Below, piece after piece: positions 12,926-24,040 of a DNA stretch of 64,000 nt. The stretch spans positions 20,959,280-21,023,279 of the forward strand of contig MU054187.1 of assembly GCA_013239625.1 (NCBI GenBank), in the 5' to 3' direction. Position numbers and translations under genes: made by a program. Under the pieces are notes generated by a model. It ran no database searches. It was not told the DNA's origin and saw only the letters and a program-made list of their open reading frames with translations. The first letter of the stretch is position 1; each line of letters begins with the position of its first letter. This DNA is from Lama guanicoe. Lineage: Eukaryota.

Positions 12926-14700
12926 AAAATTGAGATATTGAAGCAGGACAGTCTGGGAGGGAATTGACAGCAGTCGCGCCTGTAAATCACTCTTCGCTGC
13001 TCTTAACTGATTCCAGGTGAACTGAATCAGAATCACCTCCATTTTTATAGAGATTCTGAAAGTTTGGTTAGAATACTAAGCTTTCTTACATAATATCTCT
13101 TCTAATTTGGTGCAAACATTCATTAAGACCCTTAAGAGTTCTTTTTGTTTGCTGAATATATAGGCAAAGGCATACAAAAAAAAAAAAACACTTTAAAGTT
13201 TGCTTTCATGCTAAAACTGAAAAGTATGACATACCAGATTATGCCATCTCCAAACTTCAGCACACTAAGTTAATTTTCTGGTTAGAGTTTGGGTGCATTT
13301 AATAATTCCCTTCTTATTCTAATTGGATAATGCTGATCAATTGAAATAAAGTTTAATTTTTCTAAAATGCATTTGAAGTTATTTTCACGGCCTGCCCCCA
13401 CCACTTTCCAAGAAAGATAGTACAGGCCTTGTTATTTATGCCAGCCTTGGTACTGTTTCAATTATCTCATGGTTCAGGGAGTTGTTGGGTTTTAAATGGA
13501 TACTCCCACTATGGGAAATGGCTGCTGTTTTTCACCATATTTTCTCTTATCATCCACAGATAATTAGTTCTGCCTGACAAAGCACATCACAAGGGACAAC
13601 TCCACAGCTTTCATAAGCATCTCAGCAGTCTCTTCCTTATGGCTAATTCCTCCTGAACCTGTTTAAAACTGCTTCATTATAATTATTATTCCTCATTACT
13701 TGTCCGCACTATAAATGTGGGCCGTATTAACAATATATGTAACAGATACCTGCGTGGCATCTTTTTAATGCTCCTAGATGTTTGCATAGCAGGAAATTGG
13801 GGCATTAAAAAAAAAACAAGCTTATTTCTCGGACCCCCCAACATCCATACCCACACACCACCACTGGAGCCCTGACTAGATTATTTAATACATCTTAAAT
13901 TCCTAAATATATTATGTCTTCCCACTCCTTGCATAAACTGAGGTAACATGAAAGATGACAAATAGTCTCGCTTCCTTACAGTAATAAAATATTTACAAAT
14001 CATAAATGAATATCTGTGAGTACCAGGAAAATACATTTTTTTAAAATTCTAAGATACTTTAAAATAAAAGATGCAACATTTTCTTTGTAAAAGCTTCTCA
14101 AGAATGGGGAAAAAAACCCTCTGTATTAAGAATGTACATCTAATGTAAAGTCTAAGCCAATTAAAATATGTTAATATGTGAAAATGCTCTTATAATCAAA
14201 GAAATATGGTAATAACATTTTTATACTGTCAATAGTTAATCACATTTGGGGAAAAAAAGATTGGCATTCATGCTCTCTGCTTAAACTCTCTAACAGTGCC
14301 TTTCCTATTTGCTCCCTTCTTTTACTTTGGTCCCTTTTCCTGAAACTTTAGACTCTCTGATCTCTCCAGCTTTTTTCTTTGGAGGCTTAACCATTCAAAG
14401 AACTTCAGCTTTCAAAATCCATGCCAATTACTCTCAAGACTCTGAAGAGACAACTGGGAAATTAGGTTATAAGAAGGACATCGTTTTTATTACCTACCGA
14501 GTAAATCCATTTGTATATCTTGCTGTCACTTCTAGCCCAGTACGTCCCTAAACTAGCTTAGTAACTGTTTCCAACACAAGTCTCAACACCAACTTATCCC
14601 TCTGATTTCTTTTTAAACTGTGATACCTCTGTTCTTCCAGGAAATAAGTGGCATCAAAATATCTTTTCTCTTTTCTTCTCAATCTTCCAGAATCTGATCG

Positions 14701-15158
14701 TGAAACAGCATGTAAAACATTGACCAGCTTAAACAGATTTTGCCTCCTTAAATAGGTTGTTGATGAATCAGATCTGAAGGCTTTTTCACAGAGACGGCAG
14801 GCACTAGGCATATTCCAAAACAGAATTTGTGTCTCCAGGATGGCCCCGGAACCAAGAACCTTCAGTCGACAGAACTTAAAGAATTAGAAATAGTGCCGGT
14901 GGAGCGCTTTCCCAAGAAGTCCTCCAACATGGAAAATCTGGCTTCCTGCTGCCTAAGTAGCTTGATTACTGATGAAATTACCAATCAGTTTCTGATTCAA
15001 GATCACCAATTAAATTTCACCCTGTACCATGGATCGAAGAGACAGATTTGAGACCCTTGCTTCCTGTCTCCTGAAAACAAAGCTCGCTCTTTTCTCAAAA
15101 GCTGGAGCTATGGTATTGGCTTGTATGTGAGTCAAGCAGCGAGCCTTGCTCTGTAACA
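14701..15158 (+). mobile_element. Solo ERV1-type LTR (MER4-group-like)
   Basis: TG start (approximate), U5-like end 'tttttctcaaaagctgg...ggcttg...gcagcgagccttgctctgtaaca'. Confidence 0.65.
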
Positions 15159-15218
15159 GTAGCAAAGGAATCTCAACTAACCTTTTAACATCCCTCTAGT
15201 GACATTGTCACCACACTT

Positions 15219-15599
15219 TGTTGCCAAATTCAGGAGCTTCCTGGGTGAAATGTAAAGCTTTCCCGGCCCCTGACCCCAGACAAGGAGGGCACCTAGAACC
15301 CAAAGAAAGCAGGGGAATTTACATGCGAGGCTTGTTTTGGCGCTGCAAGACTGGTAGATTGCAGTGGGTCATCAGAATCTTAAATATTTACTTTGAGGCC
15401 TTAATGGGGTTTAGTTACGTGTGTATATATACAATACAGATTGTTCTCTCAAGGCTTTCTCCTTGAAAAGGCTTTTAATGTGGAAACAGAGCGAGGAATG
15501 TACATTGCAAGGGGAAAAGGAGGTGAGGAGCCTCCCACTGCCTGGGTCCAGCTTGTGGGTCACCTGGTGGTCACCTCCTCTTGATGACCTCCTCCAACA
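15219..15599 (-). mobile_element. Solo ERV LTR, related to the LTR at 32159-32934
   Basis: TG...CA termini; shares blocks 'aggcttgt...gctgcaagac...cagaatcttaaa', 'cttaatgggg', 'ggtccagcttg...acctcctccaaca' with 32159-32934. Confidence 0.75.
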
Positions 15600-18500
15600 A
15601 CTAGGGTGAGGTTTTTCTCTCAGGCATGAATAACAAACTCCTCTGCAGCTAAGATGTTCAGATTACCCAGGTCTCATCAATGGGATATTTTTTAGAATCA
15701 TTCAGTTGCTTTTCTTTGTATCGTTTGCTACTGTACAAAATCCCTTCTCTCCTTCCAACACTCAGCAGCATTTGCCTCTCTTGACCACTCCTGCTTTCTT
15801 GAAACGCCTGGTTTCCATTGCATTCTGCCAGCTCCTTTGCATTCTTCCAGCTCCTTTGCATTCTTCAATGTTGCCACTCCTTGGATGCTTAAGAACTTGA
15901 AGTAACACTGTCTGAGTGTGAATCCTGGCTCTGCAGAATGGTATGTAACCATGGGCAAATCACATCACCTCTCTGTGTGTATCCTTCCTCATCGCCTAAA
16001 ATGAGGGTACTAATAATATCTATGACATGTGGTCCTTATAACTTTAACTGATTTTATCTGCATTATTAGCTCCAGTTTAGAACACTCTCCTGAGCTCCAG
16101 GTGAGTATTTCCAGATGTGCAATGGAAGTTTCCACTTGGATCTTTCACAGACATCTTCCTCCTTTCACTCTCTATTTCAGCTTCCCTTGCCTGCCCTCAT
16201 CTGCCTTCTCCGTACTTCCGCCTACCTTTTAAAACTCTGAATTATCCTGCAAAGTCTAGCTTGGCTGCAACCATATGTAGGAGATAAAGATTACGTGCTG
16301 AGAGAGACGAGAGCAGGGACGTGTAAAGGAAGATGGACCACAGACAGAAAGAGAAAGGAGATCAAACAGGAAGAATTTGTAAAAAGCCAGAGCAATGATT
16401 GGAGATCCTTCATCTAGAGGCGTGCACTGGGCATAACAACTTGCTTTCCTACTTTTGTCTTTCTATCATGGAGCACAGTGTGGAGGGCATTGCATATTGG
16501 AATAATTCTCACTTCCTTGAGTGAAATTCATGGGTCAGCAAATAAATGAATAAATAAAGATACCCATGCCTCTGAAAATTTTTCTCCCTAGCATTTCAGA
16601 TGGGCACAAAGCAGCAGCATCTATGAAAGCGATCTGGTCTTGGGTAATTACTACCAGAAATCAAAGTTTCATAATATTCTTGAATGGCTGTTTCCAACAG
16701 GCATCTTGCATTGTTAAAAGAAAAATGATAAGCAAATTTACTCAGTAGGCACACGGATTTGGATATGTCCGGGGATGCTTTTGACCTCCTGCTTTAGCAT
16801 CCTGGCGGATCCCTAAGAATGCAGTTCTATTCAAAGTCAGAGCTGTTTTTTGTTTGGGTTGTGTATTGAAATTATTGTCCTTAAAAATATTCAGGCCCCT
16901 GTTGCTCTTTTTTGTGTTTTTTCCCTCTTGGCAGGATTTTGGGACTTCATAGAACCCATGGCCAAATTATCCAGTGTTTTTTTGAAAGCAAAAATATGTT
17001 GTACCTGTCTACGGGAACTACCCTTCATCACGCCACTTTAGAGAGGTAGCCTGGGTCTCCACCTGAGTGAGATGCACCTATCAGGCCCTGAATTGTCACA
17101 GATATGAGTGAGCAAAGTGTGCAAGTTTTGGCCGTCTATTTACCTGCATAATTTATCTACTTAAAGTGTTACATTTGTCAACTCATTATCATAGCCACTG
17201 GATTTTGTTGCTGATGATGAGAAAAATACATTATAAATAACTTTTAAATTAGCATATAATTATGATGTATTATGTTTCGGGATTCTAATAAATGTCCATA
17301 TCCTGAATAGAAGAGATTCTAGCTTTATTGGTAACTATACTCAATTCCAGGAACATCTCATTAAGCAACAGATTTTATTGTCCTTCCCAGCAGGTTGCTG
17401 GAAGAAAATTATGAGATGCATTACTTCTGGACAAGTTTTATGTACCAAATCTCTCCTCCCTGCAAAAAGAAGTGCATTCTTAAAGAATTTAAATTTTAAT
17501 TTTCTATCTTTGCTTTCTCTTTGCAAACTTTCATTTAGTTTACTAAAATATCTTGATAATAGCCTTTAAAATTGATTGTGCCTCCAGTAAATGTCTGAAG
17601 GATGTTTTTTGATTTCTTCTTTCAAGCCTTAAAACATGTTAAATTTCAGCTGTGTATGTTTTTTTTTAATTTGTTACCAGTTCTTGAAAACAAGCAAAAA
17701 ATGAGGTGTATCAAACGTTAATGAACTCTTTTCAGAGTTATTTGACAACAGAGAAAAGTCCTACTTTGATTTTCTGTGACTTGTAAGCACAAATGCATCT
17801 GAAACTGGCATTCGTGCAAGAACATGTGACTACTTCTAAGGAACGGTGTGCTGCTTCTCTGAGATGTGACGCTGAACTGGAATGTTTGTGTATTTCTAAG
17901 TTTGTAGTTTGCAATATTCATATTTTGCCGAGTAGCCTACTACTAGTTCATTATACTTTTATTTGGAAAGCCTGTGTTTGATCCTTGTTCTTCTTTCCTC
18001 TGGAGCCTTAGATGAATAAAATAACAAATAATTTACTACCCTGAAGCCAAACAGCCAAGGCTGTGATCTTTTCAAGTCTTAATATGTTTGACCCCCTCTT
18101 CTACATGGAGGAAGGAGATGTCCGTAGGGGAAAAAGGAATCTGGAGAATACAGATCTATACATATGACATATATGATTGGCTATTCCCTAAAATCATTTT
18201 TTTTTACCAAATGTCTACTCACACATTAGCCAGTACAAAAGATTTCTATTAATTAAATAAAAGTAAAAATCAAGGAATTAGTGTATTAAAGTGCTCTGTC
18301 CGCACCCCACATACGTACTCTGAATATGTATAGGAAGATATACGAGGTCAGAGTTCTGAGACAGGAAAAAGAGATTAGAGAATATGAGGGAATTAAGAAT
18401 ATAAAATAGAAAAGTTATAGAAAACAACCTGTTCATTGTTTCAATGAGACAAAGAAGAGAATCTGGAAAACACAGATTCACAAATTAGATTTAATTATTT

Positions 18501-21500
18501 CCTGTAAACATTTTTTAAGGAGATGTCTATTCTCACATTTTTCAGTACAAAAATTGTACGTGAGCAAATGTTAAGTGTTCAGCTCTGTAGTAAGAGGTTT
18601 GCAGTATCTATAGTCACATAATTTGTCAACATAAAATTATTTTCCTTACTTATCTGGCTTGTGAAAACTTCTAATCTCATTCCTAGAAAATTTTTGTTTT
18701 CAAATATAAGATTTACATTAATAGAAACAAATAGCTTACTAAATTTTGTGGAAATTAAAAGTGCTTCTTATTGACAGGAGCCCAAGACTTCATAATAACC
18801 AACTAATCTCATGCATTTTTCTCTTGAAGGCTATAATCTTTCAACAAACAACAAATGAATAACCCTTACCTCAAAGAAAAAAAAAGTTCAGAGTTTAATT
18901 AAATTAATTTGATACTGAAAATCCGGATCATCTCTAAGCCCCAGGCTTTTAAAATTAAAACAACTAAACAAGAAAAAAAAAATCAACAGGAGAATCCTAA
19001 CTGTAACTCTACAACTCTATCACTGTGCATAAAGGAGTTACTCCATTCCTCTGAATCCAAGATCTTGGGGACAAACCACAAAATGTCAATTTTTCTCTCC
19101 TACATCTTCAAGATTCTTCTCCTTAGGACACATTAACTTCCTAATGAAACCATCCTGTCTTCCGTTGCCAGTCTGGGTCAGAGGGTAAATAAATCTCTTG
19201 ATTTTTAAGCACAAATGAAGATAGCTCTTTCTGGTTTTTTCTCTCTCTCTTTCTAAAAATGTTACTTCCTCTGGTATAGAGTTTTGCTCACCTCAGCAAG
19301 ATTGTTTTCTGGAGTTTTCAGGCAACATTTCATTTCACCCAAGAAATATATTGTAAAGTCTGCAATATTTTTCTAATGTACTTTTTGCCACCTGTCTTTT
19401 AGAACTCATCTATGTGACCCGAATCTGTCCAGGGTTTTCACTGGTTCCCGTGTATTTGCGGGGAGATTTTCCAGGTCCCCCAGTCAGTGCTCGTGGTCTC
19501 ACAATTTCCCTTCCTCCCTCAGTGTCTCCTCTGTCCTCATTTCCTTTGTTTCTATTCACCCCCTTCCCCATCCCTCTTTCTCCTCCGTATTTTCTTCCCT
19601 CCTCCCCTCCACCCGCTGTCGTTTCCTCAATTTCTTAGCTGTCGTGAAAGCACCCTGTCTTTAAAGTTACTTCTCCATTACATGGTCTTTAGCTGTCTCA
19701 CTAGATATGAAAGCTCTTTGATGTTCCCTTTTTCAGTCCTGTGTCCCTGAGCAGTCTTTTAGAATCTCAGTTTCTAATTATGAGGATTTTTATGACAGTA
19801 CATATGTCAAGCAACCAAAACATAGTAAACAGTTATTAATGGCACATATTTTCCGTTTATGATGTTTCTAACTTGCATTTTGTCTTGTTTTGCATAAATT
19901 CCCCTTCTTTTTTGTTCCCTTCAGGCTTCTTACATGCTTACATAATATTAATACATAATAAAATCTTTTACAATTAACAATATTTTTAACCTTTAGTACC
20001 ATTTCAGAAGCCTAGCTCTGGCTCTAGGATTAACACATTTTCATCTTTAATGCTTCAAATCAAAAGAGATACTGTGGATAAAGTCACAGGTTCTAAATTT
20101 ATAAACTGACATATTTTATATCTTCTTCAGAGTGGATGATTGTCAGATCAGTAATCAAGGAGTAATAACAAATGGTGCAGAACACTGAACATGTCACGTG
20201 CTGCTCTTCTGCCTTTCTGTGCCTAAAGTGTATTTATCAGGAAACTCATCAGCCTTTCTGTGTACCCATTCTGTCACTTTTACTGGAGGTTACTTTATCA
20301 CAGAACTACCCTCAATCTAATTAATGCAAAATAAACTTATTCAAAGTAAGAATATCAATAGACCCATCAAATTGTTTTAAATTAATTTTCTTAGCCATAT
20401 ACATATTTAAAAAATTTCATATGGAAAGAATTCATAATAATGAAAGTATTCATAATAATTTTTGGAAACATAAATCCTAAGAAGTGGTGATGTGTATTTT
20501 ATTCTATATATCTGAATTTTTTGGATTTCATAAAATATATTATGTGTAGAATGAAATACAAAATATTTTTATTTATAATTTTATTTATAATTAAGTTATA
20601 CAGAAATTTTGATGGTTCTTTTTCCATATTTTACTCATGCCATATTATACTGTTACTATTTATTTTCATATCTTCTAATCACCTTCTTTAATAATTTGTA
20701 CAAATTATTTAATGAATTTTGGCATTTGAAGTTCCTTCAATAGAAATACCAGAAAAAATAAAGGAAACCATCTGAACTTGAAAGAGATGCATAAATGAAG
20801 TACATTCACAGACAGGGATTAGACATATAATGAAAAAAAAGTAAAATTAATCAAAAATTAAAATCACTAAGTTGTAAAAAAAATTAAGCAAAACAGAACA
20901 AAATTATTTGAGGTATATAAAAGTATACATTGAAATCATATAACATTTTAATAGGTTTTAATTTCTAAGGGTATATATGTAAAATACATGTTGGCACATA
21001 TAATTCATGTATGTTCAATATTTTTTAATAAAAATTTTGAGATTATATAGCATAGGCTTCAAAATAGGTTTTTCCTAAATCATCACTGTTTATTTTAAAT
21101 TTAGTATACTTTTTAGTGTACTTCTCAATTATGAATCTTCCATAGCTTACTTCAGAATGGATAGCAAAGGGCCCAGTTCAGAATAGCAACTTTGCTTTAA
21201 AAAGTTTCTGTAGTGAACTCCTGAGGATATGACCAGAAGTACATGACTACAGTTACTGTACAGATTTTGCTAAAGAAAAAATTAACCCCCTCAACTCTAC
21301 TTTGGAAAGTTAATTTCCTTCTCCACGTGTTTTATGGAATCAAAAAAGTGGTAGAATATGTGTATTACTAACTGGGGAGTAACAGAGCCAAATCAATCCC
21401 CACACATTTATTTTAGATATTGTGCAGTTCTTAGCTGGCATCAGTAGCAGTATTTGAAAGTATTTAGTATCTCTTGTGTATTTTTTTGGAAATATTTTAT

Positions 21501-23825
21501 CCTAGCTGTAAAATCTGATGAAATTTTGGTCCAGTCCCACCTCTAATACGAACAGTGGAGTGCTTGACAAATGACGTAAATCCTCTGCCTTTATTTTCCT
21601 AATCTGTAAAATGAGTATAATAACAAAGTCGTAGAGCAGGAACAAGGACTAAATGAGATGCTATGCTCATTAAACACTAGTTCCCTTAGTCTAGATTTGT
21701 TTACTCTTGGTTTTAATATGGCAATGCAACTTAAAAGATGACTGTGGCACACTGGAAATCAAATAAATGGAATGTTTTGAGCACCTTACATAAGCAAATG
21801 GGAAAAGGCTGGGAGGATATTGATGTCTTGCTTTTGCTTCAGCAGAACTGCATTTAACATAAAGGGGAGTCATTTTATTGAATAATAAAAGCCTGACAAT
21901 CACTGTGATTGGCTGACGGCCATTACTGCAGTGTAATTCTAAACAGCTTGTTTTTCAAAGTTCTTCTTGAATGACTCTTTAAAACTCAGGCATTGCCCAG
22001 CCTAGCTGAAGAGCTCAAAAGTCATTTTTAAAGTGGAGTTTCTCATATCTGAATATTGCTGAAAAATATCCACTGAAAGAGAATTTTCTTATTAAATGAT
22101 TAGAATCAGATAATTTTTTGACATGGGAGGAAAAATTTGGAAAATTCAGCAAACTAAGGTATAATGGTAGAAAAATTAATTTATGACTCAGAGAAGAAAA
22201 AGACTGCATTTGGAGAGATCTATTTTTTTTTTTAAAGAAGCTCCATGTGTTTTGCAAGTGAAAAGCACATTTGATCTGTATTATTCAGCTTAAAATCCTG
22301 TCATTTCTGAACAGGACTCAACAAGACTTCCAAAATTACCAGCTCCACTTTGATGCATTCATCTTTCTCAGTTAGTATTGCTAATCAGCAATCTTCACTC
22401 TAAAATATGTATAATAAGTGGGTGTAGAATTGGCAACTCACCAAAATAAATATTTAATAATATTTTAATGGTTATTTTAAATCTCTTTTATTTGAATTGT
22501 GGATTAATACTTTATTTGATCAATGAGTTTTGACCAGAATGCTTGAGAAATAGGAGAAATATATTTGCTGTTGAAGCTTTCTATAATGGATGTGTACTTA
22601 ATTTTCAGAATTGTCCAGGTTAGATCATCTTTGATGGAGGCATTTTATCTTAAATGTCAACATTGGAAACACTGAGATAAAGATCAGGGACAGCAATCTG
22701 TGAACTGCAGAACTGCGTTAATTGTTCATTCTCGAACATAGAGATGCCAATTAATTCCACACAACCCAGATTCAAAGCAGCACTGGGAAATGGTCTTGAT
22801 ATTAGTATTGCACAAAAATTAAGAAAAACAGATGTGCTCCAGCGCCCAGAAAACTGATTCTTGAACAGGCAGCGATAGAAGAATCCTAGTGCATCCAGCG
22901 ATTGGCTGATGGAATCTTTGTTCAGGCAGTAGGCATCCTAAACCAGATGCTAGGTGGAGAAACCCCTCTCTCACCCTCACCTTCAGAATCCACAGCTCAG
23001 CCACCTGGGCTCCCACGAGCTGCGCCGCCGCCTCACTCCGGGTGCACGTCTCCCCCTCTCGACCGCCAAGTGCTCACTCCCTCCCAGGGAGCACTTACAC
23101 AATGGACTCACTTGTTTCCCTTGCACCTCTCCTTTGACTTCCAGCCCCAGCCCACAACTTGGGCAAGAGTCAGACAGGAGCCTCTGCCATGGAGCAGGGA
23201 CCCGCGGAGCCTTCCAGACGAGCTTCGAGGCACGCGCACACTCGCAGACAAAACAAACAATGCCTGGTCCCCGAATGAATAAATTAACGACATCCACGCC
23301 CCCACCCATCGCTCCGCAACCCGCCGAGGGAAACCCTGGACGGGGTTGCCTAAAGGAGAGCGTTTGTTTTGGCTTTCAAACTGCAAACATTCCTGTTGGA
23401 TGACGGCGAAAGAGATGCTGTGCGTTCTGCTGGCAATAAAGATTGACGGTGGCTTTGCCGGTGACAACGCCCCCCGTAGCGCGCTGAGCCAGGTTCTTTG
23501 AGAACTGCAAGAGGGAAGCTCAGATCAAGGGGGAGGGATAGGCAGATGCACAGACAGTTTAGGAGGGATGAGAAAGGGGAGATCGGAGGAGGAAATGAGT
23601 TCAGCTGGGCTTTAATAATGAAACTTCGGAAGAGAAAGGGATGGAGGTCTCTCCCCCAGGTAACTACCCTGAAATGAAAAACAGCTGCAAAAATCAGGAA
23701 GTGGCAAGCGACAACAAGTTTGAGGTGAGCAGCAAGTTGTTCACCTCCCCCCCCCAGGCGTCTGGTCAGCATCCCCCGAGCTGCCCCAGAACACGCGCCC
23801 CGCATCCGAGGCGGCGGCCGCGGGC

Positions 23826-23826
<1 letters not shown>

Positions 23827-23862
<36 letters not shown>
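23827..23862 (+). repeat. (CAG)12 pure trinucleotide repeat
   Basis: Counted directly. Confidence 0.97.
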
Positions 23863-23864
<2 letters not shown>

Positions 23865-24016
23865 CTGGCGGCAGCTGCGCGCCTCCGGCCCAGCCCCGCT
23901 CGGCTCCCCCTCTCGCCGGCGCCCTGCCTGTCTTGCGTGTGCGTGTGCGTGTGCTCAGCCTCAGCGTGAGGGGCACCTGCTCGTCCGGGCTCACCGCGGA
24001 GGCAGCCTCGCCGGGA

Positions 24017-24040
24017 GCCGCCGCCGCCGCCGCCGCCGCC
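24017..24040 (+). repeat. (GCC)8 pure trinucleotide repeat
   Basis: Counted directly. Confidence 0.97.
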
